Shown here: one piece after another, positions 32,021-41,511 of the stretch
Position numbering within the stretch: the first letter of the stretch is position 1
Layout of the letters: each line of letters begins with the position of its first letter
Assembly (NCBI GenBank): GCA_038236005.1
Contig: JBBSTI010000003.1
Span: forward strand, 1-58,661
DNA: 58,661 nucleotides
DNA from: Mycobacteriales bacterium
GTDB taxonomy: Bacteria; Actinomycetota; Actinomycetes; Mycobacteriales; SCTD01
Direction: 5' to 3'
The notes under the pieces: model-generated
What the model was told of the DNA's origin: nothing
Databases searched by the model: none
Seen by the model: the letters and a program-made list of their open reading frames with translations, nothing else
Translations under genes and position numbers: made by a program

Positions 32021-32103
32021 GGAGGACCTCCGCCTCTACTACGTCGCGTAGGCGTGGGTCAGTCTTACTGTGTACCGCCGCCGGCGATCTGAAGGAGCAT
32101 CCG

Positions 32104-32313
32104 ATGAACATGGGCATGAAACCCCGCCACCTGGTCCTAGCCGCTGTCGGTGTCGGTGCCCTCTATGCGCTCGGCGTCTCAGCAGGGACCTTGATCTTCG
32201 TGGTCGCGCTGGCTTACATGGCCTCCATGCACCTCGGCCACCGCGGCGGTCACGGCGGTGACGGCGGGCAGCTGCCGAGCAAGCTGTCGTCCCGTCGCCC
32301 CGGCAAGCAATGA
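32104..32313 (+). CDS. small two-TM His/Gly-tailed membrane protein (DUF2933-like)
   Basis: AAGGAG SD; YMASMHLGHRGGHGG; same architecture as 524..802. Confidence 0.6.
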   Translation: MNMGMKPRHLVLAAVGVGALYALGVSAGTLIFVVALAYMASMHLGHRGGHGGDGGQLPSKLSSRRPGKQ

Positions 32314-32363
32314 TCTGGCTGTAGCTGGCATCAACATCGCGCAAGAGCGGAAACGCCGGATGC

Positions 32364-32467
32364 GCATCAGCCGACCTGGGTCGAAGCGCCGCCTCGGTCG
32401 CGCTCCGCGAGTCTCCCTCTCTGCCAGGTGTCGCCAGGAAGTGCCTTTTTCAAAGGCCCCCCGGATC
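32364..32467 (+). ncRNA. structured 5'-UTR element, copy 5 (lacks the -10 box and the ATG)
   Basis: GCATCAGCCGACCTGGGTCGAAGCGCCGC...TGCCAGGTGTCGCCAGGAAGTGCCTTT-TTC-AAAGGC; ends in GGATC instead of GATG. Confidence 0.6.
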
Positions 32468-32478
32468 CCCCGCACGCT

Positions 32479-32515
32479 GTTGCTCCCGTCGTGGTTGCTC
32501 CCGTCGTGGTTGCTC
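32479..32515 (+). repeat. 15-bp tandem repeat, about 2.5 copies
   Basis: GTTGCTCCCGTCGTG twice, then GTTGCTC. Confidence 0.8.
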
Positions 32516-32732
32516 ACGAGGTGCAACGCAGCCACACGGTCCCGCCTGGCCTCTGCACCCGCGACGCCAGCCCGCGTCTGCGGCTCCTGCAGCAACGGCC
32601 CGCCACCGGTCCTCTTCGGCGCCACACCCTGCCCTGCTGCAGCACAGAGGCCGAGCGTTTGCCGGTGGAAGACACGACGTGACAGCGGCACGTGTTCGGC
32701 GAACGTCCCATCCCGAGAATCGAGACCGTCCC

Positions 32733-32987
32733 ATGATCCTCCTCCTCTGCTTGCTCCTCGCCTGGACGCTCTATCGCGTCTTCTGGCCGCTCCAGGCCTC
32801 AACGGCCGGCCTACGTGCCAGCACTGTGGGGGGCGCAAAGCAGCCGCGGAGCGGGACCCCACGGACTGGCGCGAGGCTCGACGATGTCGCTCCCTACCCA
32901 GCCTGGACCGCGCTGGACGACCATCAGCTGACGAGGCTCCTGATCAGCTCCGCCCCGCGACCGCCGAGCGAAGAGGACCGCCTCTGA
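32733..32987 (+). CDS. small single-TM protein
   Basis: Hydrophobic N-terminus; WTALDDHQLTRLL C-terminal motif. Confidence 0.5.
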   Translation: MILLLCLLLAWTLYRVFWPLQASTAGLRASTVGGAKQPRSGTPRTGARLDDVAPYPAWTALDDHQLTRLLISSAPRPPSEEDRL

Positions 32988-33184
32988 TGACCAGCAGGCA
33001 ACGGGCCGGAAACGGTGTGGCGAGGGTGCCCGGTCCTCGTCGGCCTGCGCCAGATCGTGACGCAGCGCCTGCTCTCGGGCGACCCGCGAGGTGCGACCGT
33101 CTGATCCCGGCGTGCAGGCACATCCCCCTGAGACCGGCGGTCAGCAGACCCGCTCGGGCCCACCAACGCTAGGAGACGATCCTC

Positions 33185-33634
33185 ATGACCACTCACGACA
33201 ATGCCACGCTCTATGCCCTCGGCGACCGGGGTCAGACCGTCGACGGATCCGCCAACGATGTCCGTGGTCGGCAGGTGAAAGACCATGCCGGCAAAGCGAT
33301 CGGCAAGGTGGCTGACCTGATTGTCGACGACCAGGACAAGAAGGTCCGCTTCCTGCTCGTCGATCACGGGGGCTTCCTCGGCTTCGGTGGGACCCACACC
33401 ATGATCCCGGTGGACGCTGTGTCCGACGTCACTCACGACGAGGTCGTCATCGACCAGTCTTGCGACCGGATCGCGTCAGCACCCGGCTACGCCCCGGACC
33501 TCATCGACGACCGGCCCTACCAGGCCCAGCTCTACAGCCACTACGGCTACACGCCCTACTGGGGGCTGGGCTATGCCGGTCCCCTCTTCATGCAGGCTGC
33601 GGACTGGGGACCGGACCGAGGCGACCGTCGATGA
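33185..33634 (+). CDS. PRC-barrel domain protein, paralogue of 25909..26343
   Basis: AGGAG SD; colinear with the first copy. Confidence 0.88.
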   Translation: MTTHDNATLYALGDRGQTVDGSANDVRGRQVKDHAGKAIGKVADLIVDDQDKKVRFLLVDHGGFLGFGGTHTMIPVDAVSDVTHDEVVIDQSCDRIASAPGYAPDLIDDRPYQAQLYSHYGYTPYWGLGYAGPLFMQAADWGPDRGDRR

Positions 33635-33779
33635 CCACCACCTCCGACGAGGAAGCGACGTCCGCCGTTGTTCTCGGCAGACTGGTTCCAGAAGAATGGC
33701 CGCGGCCACCGAGTCTGGCCGTGCGTATTCTGCGCCCGCATCACCGCTGTCGGACAGGCTGAGGACCACCGACCGGCCG

Positions 33780-34667
33780 TCACAGAGCCGAGTGCTGCGG
33801 ATGTCCCTGGTCAGCCGCGTAGGCGGCAAGCGTCTCCGGCACGGTCTGGCCGGTGTTCCCGTACTGGGTGCACAGGAGCTCGGCAAAGTCCTCCAGCGCA
33901 CGGTTCAGCAGGTTGGCCGCCAGCCGAAGGTCGCCGACCTGGCCGCTGGCGCCGACCCGGCCGAGCTCCGCCGCATACGTGAGCATCGCAGCGAGCGAGG
34001 CGTTCGGGTCGAGGTCGCGAAAATAGTAGGTCTCGGAGTACTGGCGCAGGTCGACCCCTGCCTGGATGACGTCCCCGGCCAGGCTCTCCACGATGGCCGG
34101 GAGCAGGGTGGAGCTCTGCACGTGCAGGCTCGAGACCACGTCGGTGCGCTGCAGCGCCGACAGGCGGAGCGCGAGCACCCTTCTGCGCGTGAGCGCCGGA
34201 TAGATCTGCAGGATCCAGGACACCGCGACGGTCAGGAGCGCAAATCCGAAGAGTGCTTGCAGCGGATTGACGATCCGCATGAGCTCCGAGGTCGGCACGA
34301 TGTCGCCGAAACCGAGGGTCGACAAGCTGACCATCGACAGGTAGAGAGCGTCCAGGATCCTCCCGCCAGGGTCTGGGACGGGTCCGGACGTGTACGAGAA
34401 ACCCGTCGGTATGGACGGCCAGTAGAGCAGCGCCCACCCGAGCACCGTCAGGATGCCCCACAGGACGATGATGGACAGCAACGCCAAGGGTCCGGACAGT
34501 CGCGAGAACCGTCCTCGGCCGCCCCTGCGCCCGGTGAGCCGCCAGGTGGCACGTAGCACCAGGCTGCTCAGCTCTCCCTGCCCCTCGGGATGGCCCAGGG
34601 TGTGGAACATGTCGCGCAGCACGAGCAGGACGAGCAGGGTGCCGGCACCCGCTGCCAACCACGCCAC
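33780..34667 (-). CDS. potassium channel family protein
   Basis: ALYLSMVSLSTLGFGDIVP selectivity-filter-like motif flanked by TM helices. Confidence 0.85.
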   Translation of the reverse strand: MAWLAAGAGTLLVLLVLRDMFHTLGHPEGQGELSSLVLRATWRLTGRRGGRGRFSRLSGPLALLSIIVLWGILTVLGWALLYWPSIPTGFSYTSGPVPDPGGRILDALYLSMVSLSTLGFGDIVPTSELMRIVNPLQALFGFALLTVAVSWILQIYPALTRRRVLALRLSALQRTDVVSSLHVQSSTLLPAIVESLAGDVIQAGVDLRQYSETYYFRDLDPNASLAAMLTYAAELGRVGASGQVGDLRLAANLLNRALEDFAELLCTQYGNTGQTVPETLAAYAADQGHPQHSAL

Positions 34668-34837
34668 GTCTACCCCCCAGCAACGATGCTTCCGGTCCTC
34701 GGCCGTCTCGTCAGAAAACTAGTCGGGCGACCACGACGGCGGCTCGGCTGATCCACGGTCAGCCAGGCTGACGACCTGCGGTGACCCTGGGGCGAGCGAC
34801 GGATGGGCCAGCAAGACGGCCCCGACGAGGTTATGGA

Positions 34838-34856
34838 CGTACCCCTAGGGGGTACG
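34838..34856. promoter_or_regulatory. CsoR/RicR-type operator
   Basis: CGTACCCC-TAG-GGGGTACG palindrome overlapping a TACGGT -10 box upstream of csoR-copZA. Confidence 0.85.
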
Positions 34857-34870
34857 GTTGGCACGTGCCC

Positions 34871-35049
34871 ATGTCCCCGACGCCCACCTCGGCCGCTGAC
34901 TCCGCGACCCCTCCGGGTGATGCCGAGACCAGGGCTCAGCAGCTTGCCCGGATCCGGCGGGTCGAAGGGTCGGAGGGTCGAAGGGTCGAAGGGTCGAGGC
35001 CAAGCTCGCCGAGGCGAGCACGGCGATCGCTCGGCTCGTACGTTCCTGA
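34871..35049 (+). pseudogene. csoR: internally deleted, frameshifted CsoR-family copper repressor
   Basis: The N-part QQLARIRRVEG and the out-of-frame C-part VEAKLAEASTAIARLVRS* are joined by five 8-bp repeats; the Cys/His core is absent. Confidence 0.8.
34959..34998 (+). repeat. 8-bp tandem repeat GGGTCGAA, five copies
   Basis: GGGTCGAA GGGTCGGA GGGTCGAA GGGTCGAA GGGTCGAG. Confidence 0.9.
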
Positions 35050-35077
35050 ACCATCACTCCACGAGAGGAAGATCCCG

Positions 35078-35278
35078 ATGAGCACCACAGACACCTACAG
35101 CGTGACCGGCATGACCTGCGGGCACTGCGTGAGCTCGGTGACCGAGGAGGTCAGCGAGCTGGCCGGCGTGACCGACGTCTCGATCGACCTGGCGAACGGC
35201 ACGGTGACGGTGACCGGCGAGACCACCGAGGACGCGGTGCGCGGCGCGGTGGAATCGGCCGGCTACCAGCTGGTCTGA
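35078..35278 (+). CDS. copZ: copper chaperone
   Basis: GMTCGHC; 66-aa HMA domain; GAGGA SD. Confidence 0.93.
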   Translation: MSTTDTYSVTGMTCGHCVSSVTEEVSELAGVTDVSIDLANGTVTVTGETTEDAVRGAVESAGYQLV

Positions 35279-35347
35279 CCGGCCCGACCTGAGCTGACCG
35301 TCCGACCCGAACAACCGCACCGCGCCCGAGGCCCATCGGAGGACCCC

Positions 35348-37558
35348 TTGACCATCACCGACGCAGAGCAGCGCACGACGCTGACGATCTCCGGCATGAC
35401 GTGCGCGTCCTGCGCCAACCGGATCGAGCGCAAGCTCAACAAGCTCGAAGGCGTGACAGCGACGGTCAACTATGCGACCGAGCAAGCCAGCGTGACGTAC
35501 GAGGCAGGCGTGACCACCGACACGCTGCTCGACACGGTGACGGCGGCCGGCTACGCGGCAACCCTGCCCGAGCCGGTGTCGCTCAGCGGCGCCTCGGGGT
35601 CCGGGGAACCGGCCACCGCCGAGGACCCGATCGCCGGGCTGCGCCAGCGGCTCGTGGTCAGTGCGCTCCTGGGCCTGCCGGTGCTGCTGCTCAGCATGAT
35701 CCCGCCGCTGCAGTTCAATCACTGGCAGTGGCTGGCGCTCACCCTGGCGAGCCCGGTGCTGGTCTGGGGCGGGCTGCCGTTCCACCGGGCCGCCTGGACC
35801 AACGCCCGGCACGGCGCGGCCACGATGGACACCCTGATCAGCCTGGGGACGATCAGCGCCTACCTGTGGTCGCTCTACGCCCTGTTCCTCGGCGACGCGG
35901 GACGCGAGAACATGACCATGCCGTTCGCGTTCACGATCACCCGTGACCGGGCGCACGACGAGATCTATCTCGAGGTCGCCGCCGTCGTGACGGTCTTCCT
36001 TCTGGCCGGACGCTACTTCGAGGCCCGGGCCAAGACCCGGTCCGGCTCTGCGCTCAAAGCACTGCTCGATCTCGGGGCCAAGGACGTCGCGGTCCTGGAC
36101 CAGGACGGCCGGGAACGGCGCGTACCGGTAGCAGAGCTGGCAGTGGGGGACACCTTCGTCGTCCGCCCGGGGGAGAAGGTCGCCACCGACGGCGAGGTGA
36201 TCGACGGGGCCAGCGCGGTCGACGCCAGCATGCTGACCGGTGAGAGCGTCCCGGTCGAGGTGGCGCCCGGAGACGCGGTGGCCGGCGCGACGATCAACGT
36301 CGGCGGCCGGCTGACCGTTCGCGCCACCAGGGTGGGCAGCGACACCGCGCTCGCCCAGATCGCGCGCCTGGTGACCGAGGCGCAGAGCGGCAAGGCCCAG
36401 GTGCAGCGGCTCGCCGACCGGGTCAGCGGGATCTTCGTCCCGATCGTCCTGGTGCTCGCGGTCGGGACGCTCGCGGTCTGGCTGCTGGCCGGGGGGACCG
36501 CGACGCAGGCGTTCACCGCCGCGGTCGCGGTGCTCATCGTGGCCTGCCCGTGCGCGCTCGGACTCGCTACTCCTACCGCTCTGCTGGTGGGCACCGGGCG
36601 GGGCGCGCAGCTCGGGATCCTGCTCAAGGGGCCCGAGGTGCTGGAGCAGACCCGACGGGTGGACACCGTCGTGCTCGACAAGACCGGCACCGTGACCACG
36701 GGGGACATGACCTTGCTGGACGTGCTCGGCGACCGTTCGGTGCTGTCGCTCGCTGCGGCGGTGGAGTCAGCATCAGCGCACCCGGTCGCCCGGGCGATCG
36801 CCGGGCAGGGGCCGTGGGAGCCGGTCCAAGACTTCGTGAGCCACGACGGGCTCGGGGTGTCCGGGACCGTGCAGGGGCGGTCCGTGGCGGTCGGTCGGCC
36901 GTCGCTGGTCGGGGCCCTCGGTGCGCTGCAGGAGGGGTTCGACGGGGCGCAGGACCGTGGCCTCACCCCGGTCGTGGTGGCCGTGGACGGTGAGGTGCAA
37001 GCCGTGCTCGTGGTGGGTGACGCGGTCAAGGAGTCCAGTGCCAAGGCGGTCGCGGACCTTCGGGCGCTCGGGCTGCGACCGGTGCTGCTGACCGGCGACA
37101 ACCAGAGTGCGGCCCGCGCCGTGGCCGCGCAGGTGGGCATCGAGGACGTGCTTGCCGACGTGCTGCCCGCCGACAAGGTCGCCGAGGTACGCCGGCTGCA
37201 GGCCGAAGGCCGGGTGGTCGCCATGGTGGGCGACGGCGTCAACGACGCGGCCGCCCTGGCGCAGGCCGACCTAGGGATCGCGATCGGCACCGGCGCCGAC
37301 GCCGCGATCCAGGCGAGCGATCTGACCCTGGTGAGCGGGGACCTGCGGACCGCCGCCGACGCCGTGCGGCTGTCGCGACGCACCCTCGGGGTCATCAAGG
37401 GCAACCTGTTCTGGGCCTTCGCCTACAACGTCGCGGCACTGCCGCTGGCCGCGCTCGGGCTGCTCAACCCGCTCATCGCAGGTGGAGCCATGGCGCTGTC
37501 CAGCGTGTTTGTCGTGAGCAACTCGCTGCGGCTGCGTTCGTTCCGCTCAGCCGTCTGA
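35348..37558 (+). CDS. copA: Cu+-exporting P1B-1 ATPase
   Basis: GMTCASC, CPC, DKTGT, YN and MALSS motifs. Confidence 0.93.
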   Translation: MTITDAEQRTTLTISGMTCASCANRIERKLNKLEGVTATVNYATEQASVTYEAGVTTDTLLDTVTAAGYAATLPEPVSLSGASGSGEPATAEDPIAGLRQRLVVSALLGLPVLLLSMIPPLQFNHWQWLALTLASPVLVWGGLPFHRAAWTNARHGAATMDTLISLGTISAYLWSLYALFLGDAGRENMTMPFAFTITRDRAHDEIYLEVAAVVTVFLLAGRYFEARAKTRSGSALKALLDLGAKDVAVLDQDGRERRVPVAELAVGDTFVVRPGEKVATDGEVIDGASAVDASMLTGESVPVEVAPGDAVAGATINVGGRLTVRATRVGSDTALAQIARLVTEAQSGKAQVQRLADRVSGIFVPIVLVLAVGTLAVWLLAGGTATQAFTAAVAVLIVACPCALGLATPTALLVGTGRGAQLGILLKGPEVLEQTRRVDTVVLDKTGTVTTGDMTLLDVLGDRSVLSLAAAVESASAHPVARAIAGQGPWEPVQDFVSHDGLGVSGTVQGRSVAVGRPSLVGALGALQEGFDGAQDRGLTPVVVAVDGEVQAVLVVGDAVKESSAKAVADLRALGLRPVLLTGDNQSAARAVAAQVGIEDVLADVLPADKVAEVRRLQAEGRVVAMVGDGVNDAAALAQADLGIAIGTGADAAIQASDLTLVSGDLRTAADAVRLSRRTLGVIKGNLFWAFAYNVAALPLAALGLLNPLIAGGAMALSSVFVVSNSLRLRSFRSAV

Positions 37559-37688
37559 GCCCTTCGTGCTCGCCCCCGGGACGGCCCTGCTGGCCAGTCA
37601 GACGTCGTCCCGGACGGGCCGGCCGAGCACCCGGCAGGTCCGATCGCCCCGCGTCGCCGACGTCGCTACGAGGTCTTACGCTGAGCCC

Positions 37689-38327
37689 GTGAGATTTCCG
37701 AGGTCTGCGCTGCTGAGCTGCGCAGTCATCGCCCTGACGGGCTGCACGTCGGCGACACCGGCAGTCGTCCCACAGGCCGGCGCGCTGGCATCCGGGCAGA
37801 AGGATCTGGAGTCGCAGGCGTTGGCAGGACTGGCCGTTCGCAGCTGTGACGCCAGGCCCATCGGTCCCGATCTTCAGGGCCTTCCCGGCACGGCCCTGCC
37901 CTGTCTGGGCGTCGGGGCCGCGCGGGTCGTGTCGCAGGGTGACGGCCGACCCAGCGTGGTCAACCTCTGGGCGTCGTGGTGCCCCCCCTGCCTGCGCGAG
38001 ATGCCCCTGCTCGAGCAGGTCTTCCAGGACAGCGCCGGGCAGGTCTCCTTCGTCGGTGTCAACACCGAGGACGAGCGGGCCTCCGCGGCCGGGCTGCTGG
38101 ACTTCACCGGGGTCACCTACGAGCAGCGTGAAGACCCTGACGGCCGCGTCAAGGCGGCCCTGCGCGCGCTGGGGCTGCCGGTCACGGTCGTCTACGACGC
38201 CGACGGCCGTGAGGTGGACCGGCGCTTCGGCGAGATCAAGGACGGTTGGCTCCAGGACACGCTTGCCAAGGCCGGTGTCCAGATCTCGGCGACGCCGAGC
38301 GCGACGCCGACACCCGGCACGGGCTGA
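37689..38327 (+). CDS. TlpA-like thiol-disulfide oxidoreductase lipoprotein
   Basis: Lipobox LTGC; NLWASWCPPC and GLP motifs. Confidence 0.88.
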   Translation: MRFPRSALLSCAVIALTGCTSATPAVVPQAGALASGQKDLESQALAGLAVRSCDARPIGPDLQGLPGTALPCLGVGAARVVSQGDGRPSVVNLWASWCPPCLREMPLLEQVFQDSAGQVSFVGVNTEDERASAAGLLDFTGVTYEQREDPDGRVKAALRALGLPVTVVYDADGREVDRRFGEIKDGWLQDTLAKAGVQISATPSATPTPGTG

Positions 38328-38329
38328 GC

Positions 38330-39163
38330 ATGGCGCTTTCTGACCTGATCGTCGACGGTCCGTTGCTGGTGGCAGGTTCGCTGGCCGTGGTGGCCGGCAT
38401 CGTCTCGTTCCTGTCCCCGTGCAGCCTTCCGCTCGTGCCCGGCTACCTGTCCTACGTCGGCGGGCTCGCCGGCGCGCAGGCCAGCCAGCCCAGCCGGGCG
38501 CAGACCCTCGCCACCGTCGGAGCGGGAGCGGCGGGGGAGCCGGAACCGACCCCCTCGCACGCCAGGTCCGACGGACGTGCGACGCGCCGGGTGGTGCTCG
38601 GTGCCGTGCTGTTCGTCCTGGGCTTCTCCGCGGTGTTCACGGCGTACGGGGCGGCGGCGGGCGCGATCGGCGCGGTCCTGTACGACCAGGGCCGGGTCTT
38701 GACCATCGTGCTGGGCAGCCTCACCATCGTCTTGGGACTGGTCTTTGCTGACGTGCTGCACCTGCCGGGAGCCAGCGCGACAGCGCGCCTGAGCTGGCGG
38801 CCGGCCGCCGGGCTGGGCGGCGCCCCGCTCCTGGGGGCGTTGTTCGCGATCGGGTGGACACCGTGCATCGGCCCGACCCTGGCGGCGGTGCTCTCGTTGT
38901 CCGCGGACAGCGCCACCGTCGGTCGTGGTGCGTTGCTCGCCTTCCTTTACAGCATGGGCCTCGGCCTACCGTTCGTGGCCGTCGCAGCGTCGTTCTCGCG
39001 GGCGATGGACCGGCTCGCCGTCGTCCGGCGGCACGCCCGCACGGTGATGCGCCTGGGCGGGGCGTTGCTCGTGCTGATCGGGCTGCTGCAGGTCAGCGGG
39101 GTGTGGGGCGACTGGCTCAACGCCATGCGAGCGTGGGTCGGCGCCTACGGGACGCTGCTGTAG
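38330..39163 (+). CDS. ccdA: CcdA/DsbD-family membrane reductant transporter
   Basis: SFLSPC.LPLVPGY and GWTPCIGP motifs. Confidence 0.92.
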   Translation: MALSDLIVDGPLLVAGSLAVVAGIVSFLSPCSLPLVPGYLSYVGGLAGAQASQPSRAQTLATVGAGAAGEPEPTPSHARSDGRATRRVVLGAVLFVLGFSAVFTAYGAAAGAIGAVLYDQGRVLTIVLGSLTIVLGLVFADVLHLPGASATARLSWRPAAGLGGAPLLGALFAIGWTPCIGPTLAAVLSLSADSATVGRGALLAFLYSMGLGLPFVAVAASFSRAMDRLAVVRRHARTVMRLGGALLVLIGLLQVSGVWGDWLNAMRAWVGAYGTLL

Positions 39164-39302
39164 CCCTGCCCGACAGCGCCACGACCGGTCGAGCAGCGCA
39201 ACCCTCCGACGCGCCCGCGTCCTGAGCCGCCATCGACCGACCGGCTGGCCCGCACCATCGCTGAGGTCGCCCTCTTGACCACCCCTGGACGCAGAGGGCC
39301 GC

Positions 39303-39683
39303 TCAGCCGGTCGCGACGGCCAACGAGGCCGTCATACCGGCCTCGGTGTGGCCGGGGACGGTGCAGTCCAGCGCTATCGGGCGACCGGCCGAGACCTGCA
39401 ACCGCAGGACCTCGCGGGCCCCGGGGGAGAGCACTGCGGTGGCACCGAGGACCCTGCCGTCCTGGCGCAGACGCACGTCGTGCGCGGCGCTGCCGGCATT
39501 GGTGACCGTCACCTCGACCTGGCCTGGAGCCAGGGTGCCGGCGGACAGCTGCAGGCGGTATTCCGACAGGCCGATGCGCAGCTGGCTGACGGGAGGTCCA
39601 TCGGGCGGTGCGACGGCAGCCGGGCCGGCCGAGCACCCGGCCAGCGCCACGGCCAGCAGCGCCCCCGCTCCGGTGCGCCTCAC
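39303..39683 (-). CDS. cupredoxin (type 1 copper) lipoprotein
   Basis: Lipobox LAGC; AHD...CTVPGHTEAGM; GTGA overlap with ccmH. Confidence 0.85.
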   Translation of the reverse strand: MRRTGAGALLAVALAGCSAGPAAVAPPDGPPVSQLRIGLSEYRLQLSAGTLAPGQVEVTVTNAGSAAHDVRLRQDGRVLGATAVLSPGAREVLRLQVSAGRPIALDCTVPGHTEAGMTASLAVATG

Positions 39684-40924
39684 CGTCCCACCAGCAGGCT
39701 GCGCACCCCAGGTGCGGTCGGCGCGTCCGGTGCGAGCTGCAGGAAGCGACGCAGGGTCTTGGTCGACTCCGGGGCGCCGGTCTTGTCCTGCGCCAGGCCG
39801 AGCAGCAGCAGCGTGTCTGGATCGTCCGGGAACTTGGCCCCCAGGGCGGCCAGCACCGGCAGCGCCTCGCGGGGGCTGCCGGCCCGCACCAGCACACCGG
39901 CCCGCAGCAGCGCGACATCGTCGGCACCCGGTTCCAGGGCGAGGGCCTTGTCGTACGCCGCGAGCGCCTCGGTGAACTGGCCCGTCCCGTCGTAGGCGCG
40001 GCCCAGCGCGACCCACGCCCGCGCGTCTGTCGGCCGCTGCGCCGTGGCGGCTGCGAGCTCGCCCAGCCGGGGGGCGGCACGCTGCTGCGGCGCGCTCCCG
40101 GGCAGGTCGCCGGTGGGCAGGTCGTTCACGCCGCGGGTCCGGGCACCTGCCGCCAGCGCGACCCCGGCCGTGAGCACCAGGACCGCCGTGGTCACCGCCG
40201 CGAGGGACCGGCGGGGGAGCGTCCGACCGGGGCCGGTGCTCGGGCGTACGCGCGCCGTGCGGGTCAGGTATCGGCGGTAGGCCGCTCCCAGGCGCGCCTC
40301 GGCCCGGCGCAGCGCGGCGTCGTCGGTGACGTCGTCCTGGCCGACCGCCCGGCGCACCAGAAGCGCCTCTCGCAAGGCCTCGCCAGCAGGGCTGTCGTCG
40401 GGATCGAGCTCACCGCAGCCGAACGCTTGCAGGGCCTGCGTGGCGTCGCCGTCCGCGTCGGTGTCCGGGACCCGGCCAGCAGCCATCGCGGGTGCCCGGT
40501 CGCGGGTCGCCCGGGCCCGTCGGACCCACCGCCAGGCCAGGCCGGCTGCTGCGGGCAACGCCAGCACCGGGATCAGCCACACGAGCAGACCGGGACCCCG
40601 GGTCTGCGGACTGAGCAGGATGAACGGCCCGTAGCGGTCCACGAAGTATTGCCGGACCTGGTCGGGCGTGCGTCCCTGCGAGAGCTGCTGCTCGACGATG
40701 GCCCGCGAGCCGGTGGCCAGCACCGACGGGCTGTCCTTGATCGACAGGCCCTGACAGGTCGGGCAGCGGATCGTCGCGGACACCGCATCGGCCCGCTGCT
40801 GGGGGCTCGGCGTGCCGTCGCCGCTGGCTCGGGCCAGACCGACACCGGCCAGGGCAAGAACCGCCACGAGGATCGCCGCCGCCGCCCAACGTCGGGCCAC
40901 GGGCCCGTGGGGACCGGCGGTCAC
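39680..40924 (-). CDS. ccmH: CcmH fused to a TPR (CycH/CcmI-like) domain
   Basis: IRCPTCQG, YFVDRYG..ILL.P and C-terminal TPRs. Confidence 0.88.
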   Translation of the reverse strand: MTAGPHGPVARRWAAAAILVAVLALAGVGLARASGDGTPSPQQRADAVSATIRCPTCQGLSIKDSPSVLATGSRAIVEQQLSQGRTPDQVRQYFVDRYGPFILLSPQTRGPGLLVWLIPVLALPAAAGLAWRWVRRARATRDRAPAMAAGRVPDTDADGDATQALQAFGCGELDPDDSPAGEALREALLVRRAVGQDDVTDDAALRRAEARLGAAYRRYLTRTARVRPSTGPGRTLPRRSLAAVTTAVLVLTAGVALAAGARTRGVNDLPTGDLPGSAPQQRAAPRLGELAAATAQRPTDARAWVALGRAYDGTGQFTEALAAYDKALALEPGADDVALLRAGVLVRAGSPREALPVLAALGAKFPDDPDTLLLLGLAQDKTGAPESTKTLRRFLQLAPDAPTAPGVRSLLVGR

Positions 40925-41511
40925 GGTGTGACGGGCCCGGTCAGCAACGGAACGACGTTGTCCTGGATCCACGCGGCGTCGAGCTCGCCGACCGCCTTCG
41001 CCACGATCGTGCCGTCCCGGTTCACCAGGTAGGTCTCCGGCAGAGCGAACGTGCCCCAGTCGACGGCGCGGCGGCCGTCGGGGTCCATGACGCTGGGCCA
41101 CGGCGCCTGGCCGTAGCGCTCCAGGAACGCCCTGGCCGTCTTCGGCTCGTCCCGGACGTTGATCCCGACCATCTCGAGCCCTCTGGGAGCGAGCTGCTCG
41201 TAGGTCGAGACCAGCAGCGGCTGCTCGCGTTGGCAGGGGATGCACCAGGACGCCCATACGTTGACGACGACGACCTCCCCGCGCCACTGCCCCAGGTCGA
41301 AGGAGCCGCCCCGCAGCAGCGGCCCGGCCAGCGGCGGCGCCGGGCGGTCCAGCAGCACCGAACGGGTCGGTGCGGGACCCCCGAGCCGGCTGGCCAGCAC
41401 GGTGCCGACCAGTGCGACGACGGCGAGCAGGACCAGCGCACGCGTCGTTCGCCGGCGGCGCCCGCCGGCCGGGACCGGCCGGTCCGGGACGGCGTCGAGC
41501 ACCCCGGTCAC
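40921..41511 (-). CDS. ccmG: CcmG/DsbE thioredoxin
   Basis: TM anchor; NVWASWCIPC and PETY motifs; operon position. Confidence 0.85.
   Translation of the reverse strand: MTGVLDAVPDRPVPAGGRRRRTTRALVLLAVVALVGTVLASRLGGPAPTRSVLLDRPAPPLAGPLLRGGSFDLGQWRGEVVVVNVWASWCIPCQREQPLLVSTYEQLAPRGLEMVGINVRDEPKTARAFLERYGQAPWPSVMDPDGRRAVDWGTFALPETYLVNRDGTIVAKAVGELDAAWIQDNVVPLLTGPVTP

Noticed and set aside
903-32467. Five-copy element as CRISPR, integron attC, MITE or SAH riboswitch
   Set aside because: The copies are dispersed rather than arrayed, and there are no cas, integrase or transposase genes, terminal inverted repeats or target duplications. It shares the words GAGCGC, CGCCAGG and GCGCTC with SAH riboswitches, but in a different order and without SAH-related genes.
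34781-35278. 165-aa ORF as a natural long CopZ
   Set aside because: It is explained by the frameshifted csoR remnant reading into copZ, which has its own SD and ATG at 35078.
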